A DNA stretch of 64,000 bases, from NCBI GenBank assembly GCA_051294905.1, contig CM119372.1:6758001-6822000 (forward strand). The letters are read 5' to 3'. Position numbers and translations under genes: made by a program. Below, in pieces: positions 38,201-51,175 of the stretch. Every line of letters begins with the position of its first letter. Position 1 is the stretch's first letter. Below the pieces are notes generated by a model. That model saw only the letters and a program-made list of their open reading frames with translations. It made no database searches and was not told where the DNA came from. Source of the stretch: Botryllus schlosseri. Its lineage: Eukaryota.

Positions 38201-41200
38201 GAACATTGACTCAGGGCTTCCATGTCTTATTCACGCCTACTTCCTGATATCTTGATAATAGGCTACACTATCACAATATACCCATATAAGCAGGCCTGAT
38301 ACAATACAGGGTTACATCAAATCCATTTGGCAAGAGGAAAGAAAACAATACAATTTGTTTCATAGAGCTTCATATTCGTAAATTACAGTACCTTGTTCAT
38401 TCAATGTAAATGGAATGAGGGTAAAATTCTTTGCTTATTACGAAGAAATTAAATTTGACAAGTTATTATCGACAGTTGGTCCATCGAGCCAAATCTGTTC
38501 TATCATATAGTAATAGGCCACATGTCCCCACTAAGCAAGTAATCCCTTGGATATCTAGCACAGTGTGATACGATAATGATTCCACGATCATGCTTTACGC
38601 ATGCCTAGTTAGCGCAATACCTAGTTCAATATATGTGAGTATTCATATAACTGCATACAGTATCTTATTTTCATGTGCCAGTTCACAAGCATACAAGTAC
38701 ACGAGAACCTACCCCTCCAGTGAAAATTCCCGGATTATTGTCTTTATTTGTTTCGAGCATAGTTTCAATTTCATTGTCGGTGACTTGCTTCCCCGTGATC
38801 TCCAATTGCCGTTGGATTCTGGACTTGCAACGTTCCCGGTAGTCGTTTTGCGTCGTGTTGTACTCCGTCATTACTTCGATGAACATCCGCGACAATGTCG
38901 AGTGCTGCGAAAGACAGTTACAGAGACTCCGGTGAAATCAAACCCTGGATTTCCCACGCAGACACAGTAGACCTCAGAGAACCTCACTATTGAAAGTAGA
39001 TTATTTTCAGTCTCAGTTCCCGTAATGGAGACTTTAAACCAGGGTCGTAATGACTCCAGTCAGGATTTTTGGTGACTCGACTTGACTCGAGTCATTTTTT
39101 TAATTGCGTAAAATGATTCGACTCGACTCAAGTCAATTTGTGTATGGCTCGAACCAAGTCATATGACTCGAGACTATGACGGCCAAGACAAACATTTCAT
39201 TGTAACTTCGAAGAATAGTAAAGTGACCACGTTACCGGAATTTCGTCTGTCAGTCCTGACACTTGGAAAATAGGGCAAGAAACTGTTAGGACTGAGGAAA
39301 ATTAAGATATTATGAATGCGAGCCATTCTATATCACTCGAGCAGAGTTGGAAAAAGTGGGTTGAACCAGATTGAACTCAAGACTCAACAGTGGACATAAT
39401 GACTTGGACTCGGACTCGAGTCACAACACTACGACTCGGACTCGATCCTTTATTCACTGACTTGGACTTGACTCGTTGGCGAATTGAAAATGAATCGATT
39501 TGACTCGAGTCAAAACTATAAAAGTGAGATTGACTTGCGACTCGGAACCTTGTGACTTGGTTACAACCCTGCTTTCAACACTATTTTACGTGTAAAACAC
39601 AGATACCGTGTATATTGATTCAAGCTGCTCAATTCAATTCAATATTCTTTGCAAAAGATTGGACCTATAGGCTACAATGAATTCTGTGCCGCCCTTTTGG
39701 GAGAACGAATCACTACCGTACTTTACTGGGTATATGGACTTGGATATTAGAATACCGAATCATTCAGGAATTTGATCAGGAGCTTGAAGGAGCAGCATTA
39801 TATTTCCAAAACAGGACTTTGAGTACTAGCGAACTGTAAGACGTAGCGTTGATTTAGCTGCTGTAATTAACTGCCAGTGCAGATTGGACACTGGACGGTG
39901 ATGCGTAGCGATATGAGAATATTGGGTCGATGAAAGTCATACTCAAATCGAAAAGGCAACTGATTGGCATTGTGGAAATTGCTCTTGCCACTTGCGATCG
40001 CAATAATAAAATGCATTCATTTGTGATATCTGTGGCATGCAGACATAGCTGAGTACAGCATTTGCATAAAACAATCCGAGTCTGTACATGCAATTTCTAG
40101 AATTTTGTGGCATTACCCACAAATGGAAACCCCATAAAACCACAGATTGGGAATAATGTTTGTGTACATAACAACTCTAATGTTGGATACAAGCGTTGAA
40201 AAAACTAAAATAATGACAACTCAATATAAAATCATATACCTTCACTCCTCCTTAACCTTGAACGTATTTTCACAACAAACACTATGTTTACGGAAGACGC
40301 AAACAAACTAGGCGCTTTATCAGTTTAAGCAGCTTTTCTGTATGGGAATGTATTTTACTACCACAGTAGCAATCAGTTTTCCATAGTTGCTACTGGTCGT
40401 TCTATTTTTCATTTGAACATCTTAAAAGTTCTTGAATCTACCATTGTATATTAAATAAAGCTGGAACAGCTGATCATCTGCAGGAACATCTCTACACTCT
40501 GGGAGTACTTCGTTAGCGCTGTCAATCGGCTATGCGTTGTTACATGCCGTTGACCAGTCTTGACAACATAACTATTTTCATATCTCGAATTTGCTTAACC
40601 ACCATTACTGAAGTTTGCTCCTGATTAGAATCAGTCTAAAAGCTTCAGAGTGGAATAAATGTGGCATTACGAACTTGAACATATTGTTTGTTGTGATATT
40701 GGAAGTTTTGTACTTAGGCCTGCAGAAGCCTATTTTAATGTATTACTACAATTAAAACATACCTGGGTTCTCTTTATCCGCAAATCTGCGGGTGAGGATG
40801 TGGAGTTCTCATCTAACGACGCATCAATATTTTTCAACTTGTTTCGAACTTTATTTGCATTCGTCTTGATCTGTGCCATCAAGTTCTCTAATTCTTCTTT
40901 GGTCCCTATGATTGAATTAACAAAGGTTTAAGAAATGTTAAATAAATAGTGTCAAGACGAATACTTCAAATTGCAGCATAGCAACAATTCTCAGATGGAG
41001 AATTGCAATCCATGAGAATCGTAGGAAAAGGTAAGAACAGTAGGCTATATTTTAACAATTTTTAATCCATACAATTCCCAATGTATTCGTTTCGAATTTT
41101 ACAATACAAAGACTAAAAAATAAAATATGTTTTATTCTTGATTGTGTATAGCGTTGAGCACTGAACGCTGACACCCAATCTGAGAAAAAATAGAAATATA

Positions 41201-44200
41201 TATAAACAAATTGTCATATGTTTACACATCAAGATACTTATTGATGTTCGAAAATTTCCTATATGTCACTCAGTCACTGTGAAAGAGAACGCAGCACAGT
41301 ATTCTCACCGCATGGGAACAGATGGCCTCGGCAATTGCATTGCTGATGACGTTGTGATTGTAATATCTGGTGCCTAAGCAATCAGCCCAGCAAAACGCTG
41401 TCACTATAATATGGCCTTAATGAAGTGATATGCTTATGCTTACACAACTGTAACGCAACCAGCACAATATTTATCAAAGCAGCAGAGCCTTGTTCAAATA
41501 TTTGCTATATGGGTGGGTGGATGGATGGATCACCCAACCACTGAAAGCTTAATGTTACCTAGGATATAATGGAACGAATCATATCACAATACCGTAAAGA
41601 CGACCATTTTCCCCACTGTTGATGTGCTTGTAATATTGATATTTATGATGAATTTTTATTGGTCAACTATTATGAAATCGAATTACTTTTCATTGGTATA
41701 TATTATGTTACAATACATTTAATAATGTGCATAGGAGTATACTTTTAATGAACCACCATCAACAAAACCATGCATCTTGTAACTAGTGGCAGTAATACAG
41801 AAGAATGTTATTAAAAACTGTGTACACCCCATCAAAAAGCTACACCCACAGGGTCACATCGACAATATTTCATCCATCGATTTAAATCACCTGTTAATTC
41901 TGCTGAGACAACAGAACACTAATATACATGTCGGTAGTTAAACTGGACAACATCAATCAAGACACTAGCATTGGCAGACTGACATCAAAGATGAGTAGGT
42001 AGATTAGTAAACATTCCCAAGGAATGCTTATTGTTGATGGAGTAAAAACGGACACCGTTACAACGCATTTTGTACGAGAAAACATTAGAAATAGATGATA
42101 GTGAATACATTTCCGTGTGTAAATGTGCGAACATGAAATTTTCATTCATGTCAGCTCCAAATATTGACCTGCAGTAACTTGCGAAGCTGCCAAATCAATT
42201 GTAACCATCCGCCCAACATCATCAGCAAATTCATCAATTAAAACAATGCATTGATGAGAATGCTGTGATGTCACTTTCACAGAGCGCATAGTGGCTAAAT
42301 TTAGCTCGATTTATGAATAGAACGGGGTGAAATCGAGTACCGTGCCTGATAGATTCGCTTCCAAGTCGAGTATCATAGTATCATAATATTATAACAGTAA
42401 GAATGACTTTAAATTTCATTTATATAGGATCTTGCGGCGTAAGTAAAATAATACCAGTTTCAAAAATTATTTTGTAACTATTGATCACGATTAGGTCATC
42501 ACTAGGGCGATTTTTTTGACATGTCAAAAAAGTCAAAATTTTGTCAAAATTGTAGCGTTACTGTTTACAAAGTCAAAATCTTATAATTTCGGTGGTATCG
42601 TAGACCTCTGTACTGTCGGTGAACTTATCATTTGACATTTTACAGCATGTAGCCTACTTTATAATAGGTCTACCATTGTAGATGGCCCACTGTCTGTTCA
42701 TTGTGAATCATAAACTGTCAAATGAAACAAATAGGTTGACATGGTGTTTCGTTGAACGTACCGCAATATCCTAACTCAGGGGTTCTCAACCTGGGGGGCG
42801 TGAAACATCTGAAGGGGGGCGCGAAGAAGCGGTCACCTGAAAAAATATTTCGCCCTCTGCGCGATTTACCTCCAAGGCACGCATGTTTCTCTCTATATAG
42901 ACCCAATTTCATATTTTTTATTCTCTCATAAACATTCATAACCTTCCATACCAACAAACAATCTGTTGAGGTTGCTAGCATCCCAGTGGGATTTCGTGAT
43001 ATGACGATAAGGGGGGCACGAAATTTTTCACCATCAAAAAGGGGGGCGTGTCTAAAAAAAAGGTTGAGAACCACTGTCCTAACTGAAACAAGACTGCATG
43101 GGCATTGGTTCTTATATAAAGAAGTACATGATGAAAAATTGTGATGTAGACAACATTGTCAGAATGGTGTGTTACCAGCAGTGTACACACAACTTCATTG
43201 TCTCCAACAACTGCTGCTGTTGAACGTTCTTTCTCCATTTTTGGCAAGCTACTTAGTAAGGGCAGACACTTTCTACCCGAGAATGTAGGAGAGTATATTT
43301 CATTGAACTACAAATAATTTTAATTGTTTCTGCGCGATGTAACTACTGGAATTCTTCATAGGTCCAGATTTCGATAAAATAAAGTTTGTTTCATGTAAAT
43401 ATAGGTCAAATTTTGAGTCAAAAATTTTTTGTCATACCGAACTACTTCGTGAGAACAGACAGTTTAAACCAGAAATGAAGATAAGTAGTACAATTCAAAC
43501 ATAATGTGTTAAAACACCTAATTTACATACATGAGGGCAAAATTTTGTCAAAATCAAGTTTTTAGAAGTCAAAAAATGTCAAAATTCTGATTTATTTTGA
43601 GCCTAACCTTATATTTTTTAGGTAAAAAAAATCGCCCTAGTCTTATGGTAAAATGTATTGGATGCCGCGATAAGACGTATTGTGGACAGTGGTTTTATGT
43701 AGATGTTGAAGGATATATATATATAGTTAACAAAATGCTTTTAGTGTCGAGAGGGAATAAATTAGTTACTGCAAACAATCAACTCAACTACTCCACTCAA
43801 TACACGAATCGCCGAGCCCAGCTTTACTAACGAGAATGTGAGGATGTGCGATGGTGTGAGTAATAATGCAACGTTCCGAAAGAACGCGAAGAGGTCACAG
43901 TAATGACAGTCGGATGCGCTTAAACTTAATACTTTATTTTATCCTGTGCGCCATATCCCACAAGTAGCTTTCATAGCCGCGCGATGATGAGAGTGATGTG
44001 ACCGGAATGGGACTTCGTGTTTTTATAGTTCTGCCGAAGCGCGCGTCACTCGCACCAGCGATTCTATTTCCGTCGATTACGTAATCGGACCAGAGTTGTC
44101 GCTGGTGGATCTCGGCGTTAATGAATAATTGACGAATAATACGAAAAATCCATCAGTGCGCCCGCGTTTTCTCCCGACACCTTGCTTAACCTCGCGCTGC

Positions 44201-47200
44201 AGGTCGATATTTCTCAGCGAAGGCTACTAGAGCGGAGACATTTCAAATATCAGCAACCGACCGGAATCCGTAAGCGACAGCGGCGGCCGTTCCGGCAGCG
44301 ATGCATAAATTTCTGCGGTCACCCGTTCCGTTTCGGTAATCACCTATCAATCAGGCCCAGCTAAACGTTACCGTGTTCAAGTTCCGCACGCCCTATTTAG
44401 AGCCTCCGTTCTAACGGAGCCGGGCCAGGTATGGCTTCAAAACTGAGCGCAGCGGTCACTATAACCACAGATATATCGCGATTATTACATTATGTAAACC
44501 GTACAGTGAAATTACCGCCTTCCCTATCGATGGATGAGCGTTAGTGAGCGTAAATCAGCTGCGATTGCGATAATTGCGACATAGCGAATATGAACAACCG
44601 CGTTGCGCTGCGCACTCGAAGTACAGCGGCGCTGGCCTTCTCCGCAAACACAGGCATACGGCACAAAGACATCGGTACAAACGGATTGCCCTACGTTGAT
44701 TAATCCGAACTCACGCGATCGATAGAGTACACAATACACATACGGGTAGGGCTGGGCACAATGATTCGAGTGGAGTAGCAAAAGATTATTTTTCTGAGTA
44801 CTGAAATTATACGCCGCTCGCTACAGAAAGTTATTTTATCAACGAGAGTTATGGTTTCAATACTATTTTCCACTGTGGAAGCCTTGAAAACGTGATTTGC
44901 CCTATCGCAGCATACGCAACATGTTGTACAAAGTTACGACTGTAACTGGAAAGACATTTTTGAAGTCATGATCCTCCCACGACATAGTCACAAAGTGCAA
45001 TGAAATAGATAGGGTCGAAAAAATACCAAAGTATCTTTAATGTGATGGATACCATACATTATATTCTTTGTGGTGGCATAAAAGGTACACATTTGAACTT
45101 TGACATATTACATTCTGTTATGACGTCATAATGAGTGATACTCGAATACTCGACTTGAAGCATAATACGTGATTCAGCATCGGATCACTCAGGTACTCGA
45201 TTTTGCCCAGCCCTACGGCCTACGCCATACATACATTTACATCTGTCAGAGCTTAGGTCTGCACCGTTGTGCCCGTAGCATAGACAAACGGATTTACTCC
45301 GAGTTATGTAACACTTGATACGCTTCTAATTTCGCGGCTCGCGTACAAATTGATCGAAGTCGTGAGCGTACAAAATCGAATGCACGGTTCATCGGGCGAG
45401 GTAATCGTGTGGGATATTGATCGTGCAAAAGTCTACTAAAATTCCTCAGAAGTCGGCACTGGGCAGAGAACCAAACAAAAATGTAATTTAGAGATACATT
45501 TCTAGTGGCGACGAAGATCGGGGATAAACCATGTCACGGGGTGAACGCGCTGGTGCCAAAAATGTCCGTTCGTTAACGGTGCATCTGAACGCCCGCGACC
45601 GTGGCAGACGGGTTGAAATCAAAACGATTAGGCCTACAGCCTTCATCACAAGAACGAATCTTGATCAATGATTGAGAGACATCGACCTCCGCGCGCGTTC
45701 GTTATTGGAAATCTCATTCGCCGCCCGATTTCATTTCTAATCTGAAATTGCGGCAGATTGCAATCCGAATGAAGTTGAGAAATCGATACAATATCTCTCT
45801 GCCTTGATAATATGTAGATGATGCGGAGTAGCAATGTTGCAATAGTGTCAGGGATTGTCTCAGGTCTGGAAACTATCCCAGCGTTTAAATTGTGAAAACT
45901 ATTTCGATACCATGCATGGTCGCCGCGCACATATAAGAATCGTGTTCATTTGCAGCAATAACATAATAGAAGGCGGTTCAGTTAATCGATTTTGGCGGCC
46001 CAAGAACACTAACTAATCTTCAAGACGAAATCAACACTTTCTAATTTTTTTCTACTAGTACTCGCTGAATGAATTCGCTGGAAAAACAGTTTTCGTCTTC
46101 ATGTATAAATTTTTGGCCGATCATGGAACACTTCTGATGTGTTTATAAGCGGGGGCAACTATACCTTTTTTAAAGACCGGTACGTCCAAAACACGCGTTC
46201 ACGTTCATACCTTATTGACAAAAAGATACCAAGTACTCGGTCAGGAAACATTGAGTAGGCTACATATGCCGATATATGCGATTCATTTCGAATCGAGTAT
46301 AAAACTTACAGTCGAGGCTAGTGTACGAGTAACGAGTAAGTTATGACGTCATAAGAATAAGACAGGAGTTCCAATGTGCATTCTGTGATCACTACCGATA
46401 TTTTTTTTACACTTCAAAAAACGTCAAAATTAGGTCAAAATTGTAGCGTTAAGTCAAAAATAAATCAAAATTGTTTACAAAGTTGAACTTTTCTGCAACC
46501 TGCATTTCGTTTGTATCGTAGATGTTGGTGAACTTATCATTTGACATTTTACAGCTTCTGGCCTACTTTATAGGCCTACCGTTGTAGACGACCTATGTCC
46601 GCTCATTGTGAATCATAAACATTCAAATGAAACAAATAGGTTGACATGGTGTTATGCTAAACGTACCGAAATATCTCAACTGAAGCAAGACAGCATGGGC
46701 ATTGCATGGTTCTTATATCAAAAAGCGCATGATTAAAAATTGTGATGTAGACACCATTGCCAGAACGAAGCCACACGGTTTGTCACCAGCAGTGTACGCA
46801 CAACTTCAGTGTTGTCAGACAACAACTGCTGCTGTCGAACGTTCTTTCTCCATTCTTGGCAAGCTACTTAGCAAGGACAGACACTTTCTACCCGAGAATG
46901 TAGGAAACTATCTTTCGTTGTACAATAAAAAATTTCAATTATTTCTACCATAATGCGTAATACTACTACTGGAATTCTTGATAGGGACAGATTTCATTAA
47001 AATAAAGTTCTTTCATGTAATTTGTCAGTTTTTGAGGCAAAAAAAGTTGTATTTTTCAGGCCCAACTACTTCGTAAGGACTGAAGACAGTTCCAACCAGA
47101 AATGAAGATAAGTAGGCTAGTACAATTCTAACATTATGTGGGAAAACACCTAATTTGCATACGTTAGGTCAAATTTTTACGGACAAAAAATTTCAAAATT

Positions 47201-50200
47201 TAGATTTGTTTGGTCAAAATCTTCCGTTTTTAGGTTAAAAAAAATTGCCCTAGTGATCACCAATAACTAATATTGCCAGTTACATTCGATCAAAAATGAA
47301 TTAAAATTCGTCAACACTAACTATGGCATAGAAACCTGTGACATTACTGCATGTCGATAGCTACTCCACAGAAATGCCATTTGCACGACTGCACGAGCAC
47401 TGAGCATGTGTAGCTTTGCTGTACTGTACAATTGCACATGTATTCAATGACATAAGAAAATCGAGCTTTTGAGGTGGGGTGGTGAGAAGTTAACAACGAA
47501 ACAAATATTCTCATTGATAAAACGCCCCTAGTGACAAGGGGTCTACAATTTTGGTACTCAACAACATCAACTCTTGACTACCCGCCTCAAATCACAAAAA
47601 ATAATTCTTGATTCGGAATTGACTACCACTTATTCAATTCGTTATGCCCAGCCCTACTAACTATGAATGTTGGAATCCTATGGTGACCCTGCCCCGACAA
47701 GGCGCGTTCCCTTGGTTAATATGTTCTCGAGGAAAGTCAAGAATTCACTACGGGTGTGAGCAAACTCCACAGGAGAGTGGCGTAAATGATGCCAGCGTTA
47801 TCAGGTTAATCCTGATATAGTAGTGACATCATTGCCTTGAAGTTCAAGTGATAATATAGAGGTAGGACAGGTCTGATTGCACATCCATCAAAGCAATACG
47901 TAGAGTGATTTTTGTCAAAAACCAATAAAGGCTTTTGGGTGCAAAGCATTATATCATTGTACATTCATTTTGATATTTTGTAGCCTGCAGTGCAGTGAAA
48001 ATATTTCATGAAATATACTGGACTTTGAGTGGTCTCTAAAATACTTCCAAGATGACAATCAGGTTATCCGGGGAAAGATATAAACTTTATAATACCAAAT
48101 TTTTAGCAACAGAATACAGCAGTAGTCCTTGCATTTGTATAGTTACACCGAAACCAGCTTTCAGTTCAGTTACCCAATAGGCTGCTGAATAATTAGTTTT
48201 GTAGGATGCCAAACATTGACAATCATATCTGTGACTTATGAGTAACCACAAGTAAGTTGATCAATATCAGTCAAGCCATCTATGACTGCTAAAGATTATA
48301 TTCATAAGTCTTTGATGGCTCATGGGGATGATGACTGGATTAACATCAGAAGCCACTAAACTTGGCTAGCATATTCCAGGAGTGCACATATTCCAGGAGT
48401 GCACACTATTCTTTTACTATTCAGCATGATTAAAATGTTGGGTAGAATGAGTATCACAGTGACTTGACCAAAACTGCCAGTGCCTTGTGTACAGGTGTAC
48501 ATATGGAGCTGCTTGAAATACAACCGAGAACTACCAGTACCGTTGAAAACACACTCCACTGATACTCTATCCTTAGCGCAGGTAGCCAGCCATGAAAAAT
48601 TGATGACAATGATAGATAGACTTGCCATTGCCATACATCAAAGTGGCAGGAAGTATTGCAACATCAAAACACACATTGATGTGGCTCTCAGACAGTGTGA
48701 CTTTGAAATCTGTACCGAAGAAATCTATAGGACTACGGTATACTTACGGTCATCTGCTTGTGGAGCAGAGAGGATTTCGCTATGCTTTCGTTTTACATCT
48801 TTGACACACGCTTCTATCTTGTCAATATAACCTTTGATTTCCTCCACCTTCAGTTGATCAAAAATATATTAGTAAGTCCAACAAATATTCAAATTCAAGT
48901 TCATGTTAAGAGAGCGATGACCTGTTTGGCGTTTAATTGCATAAGATAAGAAATACAATCTGGATATCAACGTAACGACGGAGAGATTAATGTAAAATAT
49001 CAAAGTTAGATGCACAAAATCAAAATGAGCAGTTCCTAAGATGAAATCGCGTTTCACAAACTGTATCTACTATTCTTCATTAACAGTGGCGATCATCAGT
49101 CATCCAACACCCAAGACTCGTATTTTACCACTAGTGACATAAAGTCTATGAAGCAGGTACCACGAAAGTAAGCAAGGAAGAAAAATGAACATTCATCGAA
49201 TATCTTGAAATGCAGTAATCGGATAATAATGCAACAAATCATGAATCGATGGTATGACACTACCATTTCACTAGAGCAGCGGTTCTTAACCAGGGGTCCA
49301 CGGACTATCAAATCAGGGGTACGAAATGCAGTGTGGAATTATACGCTGTTGCAGGACCAAAATTATTTTGCAAAGTAGATTATTATCGAGCGATTTCTTC
49401 AACTCGAAAATTTTAATTTCATTTCAAGACAGGTAGGCCTATTGCCTTCAATCTGGGTACCTCCGAAAAAAAGAATAGTATCGGTAGTCTAATAATTGGC
49501 TGTAGGGGTGCTTTAGTCCAGGGGTAGGAAACCTGCTGCGTGACTGCGTGACTAACAGAGACATGTAAATTGGGAACGAGAAACATTTCATGACAGCTCA
49601 AGGGTTACAAGCATTAAAGGTTAGGAAACACTGCACTAGAGGGAAGAAACACTTTCCCCATTAATAAAATTCATCAACTGGGAGTAAACAGTCATACTGA
49701 CCTGTGCAAAAAAATCATCGAGCTCATTCCGCTCCATGGCAATTGTAGTGGCTTCATCCTCGTTGTCATCTTCACCGCTGATGGAGGCTTGCTGCCATGC
49801 AAAAATAAAATGGATAAATCCATCAATTCTATCAAAACATAAAAATCTAGTCCTAGTAGCAAAAGGTGATCAATGCAGTGACAAATATGACTGTTAGGAA
49901 ATGCAGCGAGAAAACGCTACAAACTTGGGTGTGGACTTATATCAAGTAGAGGTTGGTTGTGTCAGTGAAAAGTAACCTGGGCACAAAACTAATAATGATG
50001 AAATGGGATGAATGCCACATACAAAGTTGCCTATAATGCAAACATTTTCTATTCTTCAGTTTCGAATACCGATTCATTCCAATTCCAACACTCACACGTG
50101 AATGTTTTAGATTCTTCAGGATTAGGCTACTGAATGTTCATGCCATTTTTCAACAATATATAATATAACTGTGTGAGCTGTAAAGCTTATGCTACTGCGA

Positions 50201-51175
50201 TACATCATGTAGTGCTAAAACATGATACAAAAATGTTATTGCCAGCAATTTGATGCTTGAATTACAAAATCAATCAATAGAAGATGAATTACAGAAAAAA
50301 ATTTGCATAATTTATTGATGCCAAAACTTCAAAGCCTATCAATATTGCATGATCCCACGAACAATGTATGTGTGTATTTTGTGTAACTGAATCCAACCGG
50401 TAATCCTAATACTTACACATATCTTGTGTTTTATCACAGCTACTACCTTAAAATGTTTACGAATTTACGAACACCCCAGACAGGACCCATAGGCTATACC
50501 ATTACTCCTAAAAGGAGTCTGTCATATGAAACGACAAACCAATCCTGGCAGACATAGGACAGCATCGAACATGGCAGAAAGGATGTGCTGTAAGAGCATT
50601 TGGATTCAGATATTGACAGTAATTTCCTTTCTAGTAGGCCCAGACATTACAAAATCAATTGAGATTTAATAAGCTATTTGTCCTACTCATACTTGGAATC
50701 CTCTGTAAATGTAAAAATCTTTTTGAAACGCTTCACAAAGTTCTAATATCTAGTACAGCACAACTGATTGAAAAAGGTTATCAAAAGTACAATCACAATG
50801 AACATTAGGAATGGGTACAACAAAGCAGTCTAGGATATATTTTTGAAGAGATTGAAAACCTACTAAGACTCTCATCAGAAACTACAATTAGGTTGATTAG
50901 AACCAGGGTGCCTGGTGAATCCCATATGGGTGTATTCAGACGTCCAACCACGACAACATCCTCAACAAACAGTCAAACACATGTTGTCACGGTATAGACC
51001 TGGCTAGTTTTCACAGCCAGTAACATGACAAAATAGGCTATGTACCCTACACATAAAAATTGTATCACTTGTCAAAGGTCGTCGTTGACATTTTGTTACC
51101 ATGGCTGTGTAAAGCTGGCTGTGACAGTTTATGTTGATTACTCACTTGCTTGAGCTCGCTAAATCGATCTCTCAT
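29264..51175 (-). CDS. STX1: Syntaxin-1 (plasma-membrane Qa-SNARE)
   Basis: Exons: 51146-51175 ([10 protein letters not shown]), 49702-49791 (..ELDDFFAQ), 48748-48847 ([26 protein letters not shown]), 40763-40905 ([18 protein letters not shown]), 38713-38904 ([30 protein letters not shown]..), 37399-37536 ([35 protein letters not shown]), 33244-33354 ([21 protein letters not shown]), and terminal 29264-29347 ([27 protein letters not shown]). Total 295 aa, in frame. Confidence 0.95.
30516..30603 (-). CDS. STX1: Syntaxin alternative TM exon B
   Basis: Acceptor CTTTTCTTTTTCAG, phase 0, encoding [25 protein letters not shown] (stop 30526-30528). Donor GTAAGT follows 10 nt after the stop. Confidence 0.85.
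32340..32437 (-). CDS. STX1: Syntaxin alternative TM exon A
   Basis: Acceptor TTTTTTCCGCAG, phase 0, encoding [30 protein letters not shown] (stop 32345-32347). Donor GTAAGT follows 5 nt after the stop. Confidence 0.85.
33947..34373. mobile_element. Charlie-like hAT MITE
   Basis: CAGGGATTCTTCAAC / TTTGAGAAGCCCTG; TSD ATCTAGTG / ATCAAGTG (7/8). Confidence 0.75.
35188..36057. mobile_element. Charlie-like MITE interrupted by a family B element
   Basis: CAGTGGCTCTCAACC / GGTTGAAACCACTG; flanks TATTCGAG / CATTCAAG (6/8). It contains 35299-35985. Confidence 0.7.
35299..35985 (-). mobile_element. hAT family B (TAGGGCGATTTTTT TIR) deletion derivative, copy 1 (inverted)
   Basis: TIRs TAGGGCGATTTTTT / AAAAAAATCGCCCTA; flanks TTGATTAC / TCGGTTAC (6/8). 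The interior is the reverse complement of 46393-47252. Confidence 0.85.
36130..37028. mobile_element. hAT MITE family E
   Basis: Perfect 16-bp TIR TAGGGATGGTGTGAAC, perfect 8-bp TSD GTTACTAC, and subterminal GAACC/GTTCAC repeats. Confidence 0.92.
39040..39571. mobile_element. hAT MITE family D (GACTCGAGTC-rich), copy 1
   Basis: CAGGGTCGTAA / TTACAACCCTG; TSD CTTTAAAC / CTTTCAAC (7/8). It is an inverted homolog of 58147-58801. Confidence 0.88.
42503..43639 (+). mobile_element. hAT family B copy 2, containing a nested Charlie MITE
   Basis: TAGGGCGATTTTTT / AAAAAAATCGCCCTA; internal transposase remnant (..[27 protein letters not shown]..); left flank GTCATCAC. Confidence 0.85.
42777..43076. 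mobile_element. Charlie-like MITE nested in family B copy 2
   Basis: CAGGGGTTCTCAACC / GGTTGAGAACCACTG with perfect 8-bp TSD TCCTAACT. Confidence 0.92.
44747..45215. mobile_element. hAT MITE family C, copy 2 (inverted)
   Basis: TAGGGCTGGGCA...TGCCCAGCCCTA. The interior is the reverse complement of 53292-53819. The TSD is not clean. Confidence 0.85.
46393..47252 (+). mobile_element. hAT family B copy 3
   Basis: Perfect palindromic 8-bp TSD GTGATCAC on both sides; right TIR AAAAAAATTGCCCTA; degenerate left TIR. Confidence 0.88.
46702..46953 (+). pseudogene. Remnant of the hAT transposase C-terminal (dimerization) region
   Basis: ORF ..[38 protein letters not shown].. carries the hAT C-terminal S/T-x-x-x-ERSFS motif. 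It lies inside TIR-bounded element 46393-47252 and has no catalytic core. Confidence 0.75.
49277..49633. mobile_element. Charlie-like hAT MITE
   Basis: CAGCGGTTCTTAACC / GGTTAGGAAACACTG; perfect TSD CACTAGAG. Confidence 0.88.

Noticed and set aside
42155-42295. Minus-strand ..[11 protein letters not shown].. resembling a Walker B motif
   Set aside because: A ~47-codon isolated frame with no Walker A and no neighbouring coding context.
42503-47252. Composite transposon formed by family B copies 2 and 3 (outer flanks GTCATCAC/GTGATCAC)
   Set aside because: Copy 3 has its own perfect TSD on both sides, so the similar flanks reflect target preference rather than joint transposition.
48480-48830. 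Plus-strand ORF with [10 protein letters not shown] resembling a hAT S-x-x-ER-x-FS motif
   Set aside because: It is the antisense of syntaxin exon 48748-48847, which explains the sequence fully.
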